A stretch of DNA of 64,000 nt. Origin: Octopus sinensis. Taxonomy: Eukaryota. The notes under the pieces were generated by a model, which was given only the letters and a program-made list of their open reading frames with translations, searched no databases and had not been told where the DNA came from. Below, piece after piece: positions 1 through 46,989 of the stretch. The stretch spans positions 39,308,001 to 39,372,000 of the forward strand of contig NC_042998.1 in assembly GCF_006345805.1 (NCBI RefSeq). The letters are read 5' to 3'. The position numbers and the translations under genes are program-made. The stretch's first letter is position 1. Each line of letters begins with the position of its first letter.

Positions 1-314
1 ACTTTATGTGTAGTAGGGGTGGGGGTGCACATTTTATTATGCCAAATATTTTATTTCTATTATCTTCTGATGAAAATGAATAGTTCATACAGAAAATATT
101 TATTACTATAAGTAAAAAAGCCCACTGATAGACTAGATTAATTCAAAGACATGAAACAGAATCCAAGATGATCCTGCAATTTTGAGAATCTGTTGAAATC
201 AAAAGCAATCTTTCACAAAAACAAGTCCACAGTCTTATTTTCTTCTTCCATATGACCTCCAGGCTTTTAAGTCTAATGAACATCGTCACCTATTGACTTC
301 TGTCTAGCGTCCAT

Positions 315-320
315 TTTATT
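315..320 (-). promoter_or_regulatory. Candidate polyadenylation signal AATAAA of the chitinase gene
   Basis: AATAAA on the minus strand ~75 nt after the stop codon; AT-rich context makes chance occurrence possible. Confidence 0.45.
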
Positions 321-393
321 CTGGTAGCTCTTACATTTTCAGTGGTCTAACGACCTTGTAACGAGCGAAAGCTTTAAAATAATTAAACAGGAC

Positions 394-34910
<34,517 letters not shown>

Positions 34911-35901
34911 CTGAAAATAATAAAAGGTTCAAAATTAATACATTACACAACAATATCAGCATGTTAGAATGTTTTTCGTTGTCTTGAAAACTTCCCATTC
35001 TTTTACTTTTAAATTAATCTTATATTAAAATGTCTTAAGTTTGCCTTTATTTTATTATGCCAATGTTGTTAACGAATTAGTGTTGCCAATGTGGTAACTT
35101 TGCAATATTTCCTGGCAATATTGATGGAATGCAAAAGTGCTACGACATGGAAGACAAATCAAGGCGAGTGTTGCCAGAGCTGCTAGCAAGTGCTGTGTGG
35201 ATAAATTATTGAATTTAGAGCAAAAGTAATTTTTGTAGGGGCAAATTTTAGGTCCAACATTCTTAGTACTCCCACAAGAGAGAGAGAGAGAGGTTTCGTT
35301 ACCGCCACCACAATAACTACAGCAACAAATTGTAACAGAAACAAAATCATCATCATCTCAATAATCAGTAATGATAGAAGTAACAATAATGGAAGTCACA
35401 ACAAAAGCCAGAAAAAAAAGCCATTCCTTTGTCAATGCTATAAAAGTATTTTATTATTATTATTTGCACAGCTTCTAATGCTGGAGATGTACTACTACGG
35501 TGTCAGCTGTTCACTACCAGTGAAGTAAGGTAACATCCCTTATTTTTCCATCCAGAGTATTCGAGCGGTTCCAAGCAGTGCTGTTTTCTACGAGTGCTCC
35601 ACCCTTATTGCAGCTCCTATTTGTTCCACATACTTATCAAGGTTTTTACTCACTGTTTCCAGGGCTCCGACAATTATTGGTACTACTACCACCTTTTTCA
35701 GCAGCCACAACTGCTTAACCTCCCAAGCTAACCTGTTATATCTATTGACTTTTCTTTCTTCCTTATCGCATACCTTGTTGTCAGCTGGGCATGCTAGATC
35801 TATGATCCAACTTTGTTTTCTTTTTTCTCAATTAACACTTTGTCTGGTTTATTATTATTATTGTTGTTGTTGTTAGTTTTCCTTCCGGTTTTAAATCAAT
35901 G

Positions 35902-35948
<47 letters not shown>

Positions 35949-35984
35949 GTTCAGGTCACTGCTTGGAATCGAGCTTGGAATCAT

Positions 35985-36235
35985 ATGGCGTAGTGGTTTA
36001 GAGCACGGGCTACTAACCCCAAGATTCCAAGTTCGTTTCCAAGCAGTGACCTGAACAATAATAATAATAATAATAATAACAACAACATTGAAGAATATCT
36101 TAGGAACGAGAACCCAGGTTCAAAATTTCCCCAAGACACCTGAAGAAGGCTGGAGGGTATATCAGCTGAAACGTTGTGTTAACAACAAACAAGATGAGGA
36201 CAAATATTCATCAAATGTAAATAATGTACAATCCC
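35985..36235 (+). mobile_element. tRNA-headed SINE-like / Penelope pLTR-like cassette containing a minimal hammerhead motif
   Basis: A box TGGCGTAGTGG 35986-35996; B-box-like GTTCGTTTCC 36031-36040; hammerhead-like motif 36135-36180; inverted 5' duplication at 35939-35983. Confidence 0.7.
36135..36180 (+). ncRNA. Minimal type I hammerhead ribozyme-like motif
   Basis: GACAC-CTGAAGA-A-GGCTG gagggtatat CAGCT-GAAA-CG-TT-GTGTT: stems I and II pair; palindromic AACGTT stem III; GUU cleavage triplet. Confidence 0.6.
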
Positions 36236-38175
36236 AAATAGTTTCAACATTCCATAAGCCAAGAATGTGGGATCGTATTGTACACCTTACAATAATCAAT
36301 CCATGACATAGCTAAGTTAGTTTTCCTCCTTTTGCAGTCTCTAAGTACAGCTTTGTCTACCAGGAGCTGATCCTTGTTACCTCTGCACTTATGCTTGCAC
36401 CCCTCCTTCTCATGTGACAGGACTCCATTGTTTTCCAGATGTCCATACATTGACTCTGTGACTATTCCAGTCAATAATTTCCACATAAGTGGCAAGTAGG
36501 ACATCAGCCTGTAATTGTCTACCGTATTGCTTTCTTCGATGTTTTTTTCAAGCACAGCACTGTCCTACTTACTGTCAACCACTTTGGTGTTACTTGTTCA
36601 GCATTTAAGAAGGTGTTGAGTTGTGCAGCTATTTGTGCATAACATTCACCAAATCTTTTGATCCAGTAGCCTTGAACTCCACCTGGTCCCAGGGCCTTCC
36701 AGTTGCCCATTTTGTTGCTGATTTCCTTCACTTCCCTAACTGAAATGACCAGTTCTGCCTGTTTTGGACAGACTTCCATTTGTTTCAGTTCTTGCAACCA
36801 TTCAGCATCCTTCTTGTGCTCCTTGACTTTCAATGTTATCTGGTATCAACTTTTCATCTGTACACTCTCCATTTATTTCTTTGTAGAATCTCTTCTTATC
36901 TACTATGAATAACTTATTCTACTGGCAGCCCTTCATTCTTTGATCATATCTTACCATCTTTGCAACGAGGTGCTGTTTCAGTTCCTCCATTACCACTTTC
37001 AGGCCCTTTCTTTCAATATTATACTTCCTGTTCAGTGCCCTGTATTTTTGCTTGCTTTTAAGCTCCCCCTTGTCTTTACGGTCTAACACAGAAATGTCCT
37101 TCATGAGCATATCTAATCCCCACCTGTATCCTTCTTTTCCACCATAGATCTTTTCTTTTGTCACTCCCATTATATTTCTTTTTCTTGACATCAACACCCA
37201 CATTTTCTGCTACAACAATACTTGCTGCCTTGATCAAATTATTTGTTTCTGTGATGCTTTTCGTTCTGAAGTATTTCAGAATTCCCTTCACATTTTTCGA
37301 TTCTTGGTTCAGTTTCCACCTTTTTAAGGTTGCAAATGATGTCACTGTCGTTTTCCTGTAGCCTTGCCTTTATTCTGTCATAGATTGCCTTTTGCCCATC
37401 TGTCATGTCACCATTAGTTTTATTGTCCTCTTCCAAACCATCTATATGTCTCTCATCGAGCAAGCTATCACTGTTCCTTTCCTGTGGTTTATTAGAGATC
37501 TCACCTCTGTTTTCTGCTATGAAATTACTTTTATCACTAAGAACTGTATTTTCATCATCTCCTCTGCTGCTGTTTTCCAATACCCGTCTTTTGATAGCTT
37601 TGAGCTCTACTCCTGTGAACCAACGATTTTTTCTTATTGTTCTAGCTTGATCACATAATCTCTGTTCCGTAACTTGAAACACTCTTCTTTCTCTCCATAG
37701 ACCGTACATACGTTGTTGGTATTCCCTAGTATGAACACTATTTTCGTCTGTGGGATTGCTCAGGTAGTAACAATCCATGACCACAGCAATGATTTGTTTG
37801 TTCCATCTACGCCGTGTGTGCTGGTCCTTTCCTAGGTAACAACAGGCTGGAGTCGGACCAGTATCTCTGAGCCTGCCAAGTGTAACACTATCACCATCAA
37901 GGGCTTCAGTTTTTGTTTTTTCATTGTCACTCATATGAGGTAGGGAGATTCCAACCGGTTCCTTTCATTATTATTATCATCACTGATATTATTATTTTCA
38001 TTTTGTTACCACTATTTGTCAACGTTAATATTTCCTCTGATCCAACATGAGTTTTGGCTAAATTATCATCATCATCATCATTATTATTATTTCCATTTAT
38101 TATTAAAAGGTATTATTAAATGTTGTTTAGTTTCAACTTTTGTCTTGTAATTGAGATAATCATAAATATGTGAGG

Positions 38176-38234
<59 letters not shown>

Positions 38235-38235
<1 letters not shown>

Positions 38236-38930
38236 CAAAAACTCACAACATATTTTGCTGGGTATAATGGAAAGTGTCAGCTGTCCACAGCCAGCTGACT
38301 TAAGGTGACACTAGTTTACTGGTCATGCTTCAAGAACCTTGCAAAGAATTCTTCCAGTTCCAAGCAATGCTGATTTTTGTAGGTGTTCTACTGTCACACT
38401 TGCACCAATCTTTTTTTGCATTTGTTTCCTGCACCCTCTGACAGGCACGCCATTCACACCCACTGAGGTGCACCGGTAGTAACAATCCGTAACCATCATG
38501 TTTACTTGTTTACTCCACTTATGTCTTGTAGCATGGCTAACAGTTGCTGGATTACTACTAGGCCTACCCTGCTGCACGGTGGGGAACCTACGGGGTGCGG
38601 TACCTTCACCATTGGTTCCATTTCCGTTCATACCATTATGGTCACCTATTTTGCCTGACATTTTCACTCACAAATGTGATGTGTTTTTAGGTTACTAGTA
38701 CTTTTATCAAGACACCATTTCTATCAAGGTAATCCGCTAAGGCAGTAGGGACCTTGCTCCTCTGGTTTTGAATTCAGAGTGTTCTTTCTCCAAGGCAGTT
38801 TGCCATCCAAGGCTAATGAGTACAACCTATCCGGAGCACTGGTTATTTCAAGGTGACAGATACTCGCCTTTTCCCACTCTTCTCCTATTGGTTTGACGAA
38901 GGAGTGGGGCTTGACTGTCAGAGGATAGGT
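38235..38930 (-). mobile_element. Short internally deleted R4/Dong-like element between (TAA)n tracts
   Basis: ORF 38323-38667 fuses the N-terminal motif (HKWSKQVNMMVTDCYY) to the C-terminal motif (EHLQKSALLGTGRIL). Confidence 0.65.
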
Positions 38931-39766
38931 CTTACACAGGCCATTATTATTATCATTATTATTATTTATATTATTATGCTTAAGATGGTGAGCTGGCAAG
39001 ATCTTTAGTGCAGCGGACAAAATGCTAAGCAATATTTCATCCATCTTTTCGTTCTGAGTTCATATTCTGCCGAAGTCAACTCTGCCTTTTATCTCTTTGG
39101 GGTCGACCCAGTTAAACGCTAGGTTGACTTGCTCCTTTCCTCGAAATTACTGGCCTTGGGCCAAAATTTGAAAACTTTGTTATTATCAGTGTTATTGTTG
39201 TTGTTGTTGCTTCTGCCACTGCTGGTGTTGTTGTTGTGGTTGTTGTCAGTATATCATTATTATATTTTGGTAGTTACGAGCATTTATCGGTAGAATCAAT
39301 AGAATGCCATGTGCAATTTATTTACATCTGAGCTCAAACCACGCCAGGGTCCGATGTTTGATAATTCTAGTGGCGCTGGTCAAGAACTGCTGTTAATAAA
39401 GCAATCTGAGCTTTTCCTTACAGTTTGCAGTTCTATTAACAAATGCATCTAATCCAGCATTCACGTCCAGCCCATAACATTAACTTGGTAAATTATTTGT
39501 AAGGCAAATGTGTGTCCTAATGTGGATCCCCTTGACAAAATGCTTTAAAGTTAATCTGTCGGTTAAGTAAATCTACAATCGATTTTGATTCCGTATACCA
39601 ACAGTTCTATGCTACGGGACCCAAAGCCACGCATTTGAAATAGAACTGTATGCTCCACTGAGTCCAACCTGACATCAGAATGATGAACAGAAAGTCTAAT
39701 CTAGCAGCAACTGAATTCAAAACATACAGGGATGGAACTAAATGCTGTAAGAAATGTAGCTCACTG

Positions 39767-39844
<78 letters not shown>

Positions 39845-39920
39845 CCTCTCTTCCTCACTCACTCTCTCTCTCTCTCCCTCTCTCTCTCTCTGGTGAACAT
39901 TTGGAACACTTTATAAAAAA

Positions 39921-41786
39921 CTAGCAGAATTGCCCGGCGATGCTCGGGGCTGAATTGCTTGAAAGTACTGTTAATGATTGCACTGAATTATGATGGTTAT
40001 TCAGGCAAATATTGATATAAGTTTACGGTGGGAGATAAGGACTTAACGATCAAACGTGTGCTATTGCATTGTTTTGGGGGAACCAAATTTCTAATGAGCA
40101 TTATAGGGGCACCAACTTTAAGTTTGAGAATGTGTGGTGGTAGTCCGGGGTGCTCAAAGGAATTGAGTACCTCCATTGGATAGTTGATGACGTCCTCTGG
40201 GTCAGGAGTTGTATCGATAGACTGATATACATAGACTTCCCCAGGAATGAGTTTTAGCACTTCATCATTAATATGGTGAACAGCTTTATTCCTCGGGGCC
40301 AGAATAGCCCTTTGGCCAATCCAATCCATATTCTGATAATTAGCTTGTAGATCTGGGAACACTGCATCTCTGAGATCAGAAGGTATTTTGACAATGGTAC
40401 AAATGGAATCGATGGCAATATTACCATTTTCATCCCCTGGTATTTTGCCTTCGCCAAATGCAAGGAGGGTGTGAGAAAATGCTGCTGATGTGATATTACG
40501 TCGCATATGAGCACGCATATTGGTGTGAAGTTTGAGAGTCTTCACCAGTGGCCACAATGTGGATGACTTAAGACACGCACTTACTGCATCAGCTGTAGTC
40601 CCTTTGGGAATAACGGGAAGTGTTTGTCGGAAGTCCCCTGAAAGAAGAAGTGTTATGCCTCCCATGGGAGCTGAAGAGTGTTTGATGTCTCTGAGAGATC
40701 TATCTAGTGCCTCAAGAGCACGTCTGTGGGCCATCGTGCATTCATCCCAAACGATAAGCTTGCATCGTCTGAAGACTTCTGCCTGATCGGAGCTGTTACT
40801 GATGTTGCAAGTTGGTGTCTCAGTCTTCGCTAAGTGAAGCGGAAGCTTGAAAGTGGAGTGAGCTGTCCTGCCACCTGGCAACAAAGTAGCCGCAATTCCA
40901 GATGATGCCACAGCTAGGGCAATGCCTTGTGTTCGCCTAATCTCAGCCAATATTAATTTGTTGACAAAAGTTTTCCCATTGCCCCCAGGAGCGTCCAGGA
41001 AAAAAATCCTCCCAGTTTTGGCCCGGACTGAATTAACAACGGAGTTGTAAGCGAACTTGTGTTCTGGAAGGAGCTTTGGCTCATTGTCGGCTATGTACTC
41101 GGCAACCTCGTCAACATTAAAACATGTCTCACGCAGCAAATGTGAAGAGAGAGTGTTTGTGCCTTCTTGGTTTGTTGAAGGTAGGCCAAAGACCGGCAAG
41201 GCACTACCGCCCATATCAAGTACAGTATCTTCGAACGTAGTTTGTTACCACACAGCCACACCTGCCCCTATGTATGTGTGTGTGTGTTTGTGTGCGTGTG
41301 TGTGTATGGGTAGATATATTATGCATGTATATATGTGTATATATATATGTGTAAAGACGGTGAAAATATTGTCAATTTCCCCAAACAGGGACACCATTCA
41401 ATTTTGAAACAATAACCAAAGCCCCTTCTCCGAAAGGGGGAGGGTTACGGTTTACAATTATTTAACAAATGCAACACAACAACGTTTCCCTGGCGAGGAA
41501 CCAACAAACATGATTACAATAGTCAAACAGTAATAATACTAACAACAAACCTTTTTAATTTATCCCCATTTATGTGAAACCACTTATTCAAGTTCAAGTC
41601 ATTGATGCAATTTTATACGAATTGCTAATACACACACACATAATAAGGGTGAAAAATTGAATATTAATTTGATTAATATGAATTGAAAACCAGTGGTGTA
41701 GCATATAAGACCATAGCGGATCTTCTAGCAAAAAGGGTGACCAGTATGAATGGCTCATCCCTGTCACACACACACACACACACACA

Positions 41787-41844
<58 letters not shown>

Positions 41845-42429
41845 AGCTTACAATTTTCTTTCAACAATTGACACTGTCATATATGTATATGTTTGCGTGT
41901 CTATGTGTGTAAAGAGGAAGTGGGAGTAATAGGCGGAGTAAAGCCTTTGACGTGAGAGAGGGAAATCGTAAAATATTGAGTTTTCTCGAATTTTTGCTTA
42001 ATTGGGGGTCAAATTGATAGAAATTTATATGCGATGACCGAATGGAATGTACTTGGAAAAATCATAGGTAAACTCTAATTGAAGAAATTGTGTGAGGAGT
42101 AAATCGTTATGTATTTATTTGTTTCTGTTTGCTGTGTATTTTTTTTTTAGTAGAGGTTTAAGGTACACTTGCAAAGAGAAAGTAGGAGAAATTAGGGTGG
42201 TAGCATGAGTGAAGCAGTTGAAATTAGAGAGGCAAATCGTAAAATATTTACTTTTCTCGAATTTTTGCTTAATTGGGGGTGAAATTGAAAAAACTTTACA
42301 TGCCTTGACCCAATGGAATTTACTTGGAAAAATCATAGGTAAATTCCAATTGAAGAAATTCTATATTGTACAATTGTATAAAAAACGAACGGTTTGGGAG
42401 GCAGAAAAAATCTGCCTTTTATCATAAGA
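39921..42429 (-). mobile_element. Helitron, internally deleted, with PIF1-like helicase ORF (39997-41214, 405 aa)
   Basis: FLDAPGGNGKT, SGIAATLL, WDECTM, GDFRQTLP, LKLKVGAPIMLIRNL; 3' hairpin 39932-39950 plus terminal CTAG; 5' TCTTATGATAAAAGGCAG at 42429. Confidence 0.9.
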
Positions 42430-43064
42430 CTAGCAGTATCGCCCGGCGTTGCTCGGGTTTGTAAGGGAAATAACTATATAAGCATTTTTAGAGAGTTATA
42501 GCCAAAAAATAGCAAAAAATGCATTAAAAATGGAAAAAATATGATGGTAAATTTTTTTTTAAATCGTTGACTCATCGTAGACATTTTTAGAGAGTTACTT
42601 CCCTTATATAATAGCGAAAAAATGCATTAAAATGAAAAAAAAACGATGGTAAATTTTTTTTTAAATCGTAGACTCATGTAGACGCTTTCTTAGCCATTTC
42701 TGTTTTGGTGTCTTCAAGCCATGAAGTCGTTGTTCTAAAAGAACACTGGTCTCCTTGACAACGCATTACGACGTTGATTTCCTTACACTCCCTTCCCCAC
42801 AGGTGCAGGTGTGAGCGTGGACGCCAACTCCGCCGCCATCGACACACGAAAAATTATGCATTAAAATGGAATAAAAAATGATGTTAAATTATTTTTAAAA
42901 TCGTAGACTCATCGTAGACGCGCGCTAATATTCAGACGGGCTCGATATGAATCACGACTATAAGCTACCCGAATTTGGTTAAACTGTACCGCAAAATGTG
43001 GGAGTAGTTAGGAATCTAAATCGAAGGGGACAGACACTCACACAACTACAGTTTTATATATAGA
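42430..43064 (-). mobile_element. Non-autonomous Helitron (second family)
   Basis: 3' hairpin CCCGAGCAACGCCGGG plus CTAG at 42430; 5' TCTATATATAAAAC near 43064. Confidence 0.75.
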
Positions 43065-43129
43065 TATACATAGCGCAGTAGTGGTGAGATATGACAGCAA
43101 AGAAAAGCATACATTCACTCTCTGCATGC

Positions 43130-43490
43130 AATTAGACTCGGAAAGTTCGTGAGGAACCCATTGACCCAATTTGCTGACTTTTCCGATAGCACACAGGTGT
43201 CAATGAATGGTTGAATGACCAAATCCAAGCTTCTCTGCTAGTTCCTCAACAGTTACGATGATATTTTGTTCCACCAGGGTTTTCAGGATGTCCTTGTCGA
43301 GTTCTACAGATCTTTCAGGATGAGGTTCGTCTTCTAGGCTGTAGTTTATGGCTCGGGATTTCTGGAACCACCATTGACACTGCCTTACGCTTATTGTCCA
43401 ATCCCCATATACTGCATTAATATTTCTTGTACTTTGCACACATTTATATTCTGTTATTCTTTTATATGTTTCAGCCTTGAGGTTGTGGCC
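43130..43490 (-). mobile_element. Mariner transposase N-terminal (HTH) fragment
   Basis: RNINAVYG, ISVRQCQWWFQK, SLEDEPH, TVEELAEKLG. Confidence 0.8.
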
Positions 43491-43668
43491 ATGCTGGATC
43501 ATGTGTGTGTGTGTGTGTGTGTGTGTCTATCTGTCTGTCTGTCTGTATGTATATATGTATATGTATGTGTGTGAACAATAATATTTTCAACAGATGTGTT
43601 GCAAATGTATCTGATTGTTCTCAAGCTTCAATACTGTGTGTGTGTATGTGTGTGTGTATGTATGTATG

Positions 43669-43700
<32 letters not shown>

Positions 43701-44267
43701 TGTATGTATGTATGTGTGTATGTATGTATGTGTGTGTGTATGTATGTGTGTGTGTATGTGTGTGTGCGTGTGTATGTATGTATGTATGTATGTATGTATG
43801 TATGTATGTATGTAGTATGTATGTATGTATGTATGTATGTATGAGTGTATGTTTACTTTATTACTAATTACTCTCTTCCAAGAACATTTTCACTCACTCT
43901 TAGCTCTTAGCTTCCCATACATTTTACTCATGTATCTATCAGCGTCATAGACAGAATACTTTCACTTTAGTCTTCCTCAAATCACTCTGTTGCTATTTAC
44001 TTTCATTTTATTCGTTGCACACTGTGTGTGTGCGTTTGCGTGTGGTGTAAACCAGACTAAGAAAAGCATTTGACACACACACCAGAATGTGAGTTTTCTG
44101 TAAATTTTGCTTAATTGGAGTTTAAATTTTAAAAACTGGACCTGGCATGACGCGATGCATTGTACTCTTAAAACTGCTAGGTAAATTGTAATTGAAGAAA
44201 TCCTATATTGTAGATTTGTATAACTCCCAAAGGGAGGCAGATAAAATCTGCCTTTTATAATAAGAGA

Positions 44268-46077
44268 CTAGCAGAATTGCCCGGCGTTGCTCGGGGCTGA
44301 ATTGCTTGAAAGTACTGTTAATGATTGCACTGAATTATGATGATTATTCAGGCAAATATTGATATAAGTTTACGGTGGGAGATAAGGACTTAACGATCAA
44401 ACGTGTGCCATTGCATTGTTTTGGGGGAACCAAATTTCTGATGAGCATTATAGGGGCACCAACTTTAAGTTTGAGAAAGTGTGGTGGTAGTCCGGGGTGC
44501 TCAAAGGAATTGAGTACCTCTATTGGATAGTTGATGACGTCCTCTGGGTCAGGAGTTGTATCGATAGACTGATATACATAGACTTCCCCAGGAATGAGTT
44601 TTAGCACTTCATCATTAATATGGTGAACAGTTTTATTCCTCGGGGCCAGTATAGCCTTTTTGCCAATCCAATCTATATTCTGATAATTAGCTTGTAGATC
44701 TGGGAACACTGCATCTCTGAGATCAGAAGGCGTCTTAACAATGGTACAAATGGAATCGATGGCAATATTACCATTTTCATCCCCTGGTATTTTGCCTTTG
44801 CCAAGTGCAAGGAGGGTGTGAGGAAATGCTGCTGATGTGATATTACGTCAAATATGAGCACGCATATTGGTGTGAAGTTTGAGAGTTATTTCCCTTTATT
44901 AAAAAAAATATGCATTAAAATGGAAAAAATGATGGTAAATTATTTGTAAAATCATAGACTCATCGTAGACGCGCGCTAATACCCAGAAGGGCTCGATATG
45001 AATCACGACTATAAGATACCCGGTTTTGGTTAAACTGCATCGCAAAATGTGGGAGTAGTTAGGAATCTAAATCGGAGTAGACAGACACACAACCTTTCTT
45101 TTATATATAAATATTTTCGTCCTAAAAAACTTAGTATGGATTGAATGGTTACCTCTATGGAAATATATACACGCACATTATACATACATGTGTGTATAGA
45201 TGAATATATAAATACATTTAAATATCTATATACACTTTTGGGCGATCTTTCTGTTTCTTAGAGATAACTTTAGATCTTATTTTCGTCCTAAAAAACTTTG
45301 TATGGAGTGAATGGTTACCTCTATGGAAATATATACACACACGTTATACATACATGTGTGCATAGATGAATATATAAATACATTTATATATCTATATACA
45401 CTTTTGGGCGATCTTTGTGCTACTTGTATATACTTTAGATCTTATATTCGTCCTAAAAAACTTTGTATGGAGTGAAAGGTTACCTCTATGGAAATATATA
45501 CACACACATTATACATACATCTGTGTATAGATGAATATATAAATACATTTAAATATCTATATACACTTTTGGGCGATCTTTCTGCTACTTGGATATAGGT
45601 CTTATATTCGTCCTAAAAAACTTTCCTGTCACACACTCACGCACACACACACACACGCACCCTCACACACACACACACACACACTCACACACACGCACGT
45701 TAGCTTAAAATTTTATTTATATATTTGCGTGTCTATGTGTGTAAAGAGGAAGTGGGGGGCAGAGTGAAAGAGTCACTCACTACAAAAAGTGAATTACTTT
45801 CACTTTATTCGTTGCACACTGTGTGTGTGCGTTTGCGTGTACTGTAGCCCGCACTAAGAAAAGCATTTGACTCATACACCACAATGTGAGTTTTCTCTAA
45901 ATTTTGCTTAATTGGGGTTGAAATTTTAAAAAGTGGACCTGACACGACCCGATGCATTCTACTCTTAAAAATACTAGGTAAATTGTAATTGAAGAAATCC
46001 TATATTGTAGATTTCTATAAGATACAAAGGGAGGCAGATAAAATCTGCCTTTTATAATAAGAGATTATAATAAGAGA
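44268..46077 (-). mobile_element. Chimeric Helitron: near-copy of 39921-40560, plus a captured piece of the second family and a tandem repeat
   Basis: CTAG and hairpin at 44268; helicase remnant 44344-44885; segment 44890-45110 homologous to 42860-43060; 5' TCTCTTATTATAA end. Confidence 0.8.
45112..45625. repeat. ~165-bp tandem repeat, 3 full copies plus a partial
   Basis: Units start near 45112, 45278, 45443, 45603 (TTCGTCCTAAAAAACTT). Confidence 0.9.
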
Positions 46078-46989
46078 TATATTGTGCTTACCTTGAAGAT
46101 ATTTTCTCTCTCCTATGGTGTAAAACGTTATAAAAATCTAAAAGTTGTCGCAATAGAAATGTGTGTATTATATTTATATAATCAAGCATTATCAATGCAG
46201 GTGTTAGTTCTCAATTGATAGATATGAAGCTTAGTTTTAAAGATAATGTTGACGGTAGAAGTGCTCTGAGATAAAATAACATTTATACAAAGAGGAGGAA
46301 AAGTGATATAAACGGTCACAGAGGAAAATGCAGACGTTATTGAAGAAAATTAATTGTTTTTTTATCTACTGCTGAGAGAGAGAGAGAGAGAGAGAGTGAG
46401 TCATATTTGAGTAATAACTAGAGTGTTTGAATATCAAGTTCGTTGTTGGATGGTGTCATAAGGTTTGAGTTTACTTATATCTTCCTAAAAGATAACTTTC
46501 TAATATAAGCACAAGCCTAAAAGGAAGATTAGCCGATCAAATTCCCCCTCCCCCCCTGTACTCCAGTACTTAACTGAAATTTTGTTTCTTGGCCCTGGAG
46601 GAGTGAATGAAAAAGTTGAGCTTTGCAGGATTATCGACGCTCTTAATTCTGCCAACCCCCACAACTCCATCTTACAAAAAAAAGTAACTAATTGTGACTC
46701 CAGACACCCGATGAAACTTCAAATGATGCACAGCTAAGTAAGACCGTAAATAAAATTGTTTGGCTCCCACAATCCTTGTTCAGTAATCATTTCTTTTATC
46801 TTTACACCCACCTGTACATAAAAGCTCACGTGTACACACACATGCACACACACACACACTCGCATCCGTTTAGTGTTAACTGTCGAAAAAAAGGGGTACT
46901 CAATACTCAATATACTTTTATCTTGGTCGAGTGAGTCTCTTGTTACTCTGAGTTTCAGCTGTTGATGCACAAGATCATCAGGCAAGTTA

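Larger units (their letters stand above)
35520..37940 (-). mobile_element. R4/Dong-like RLE LINE, fragmented and interrupted by the tRNA-hammerhead cassette
   Basis: N-terminal RRWNKQIIAVVMDCYY; RT motifs [39 protein letters not shown]; RLE C-terminus at 35520-35810. Confidence 0.8.

Noticed and set aside
39997-41214. Host PIF1 helicase gene
   Set aside because: Intronless, truncated, multi-copy in the window and bounded by Helitron hairpin/CTAG termini.
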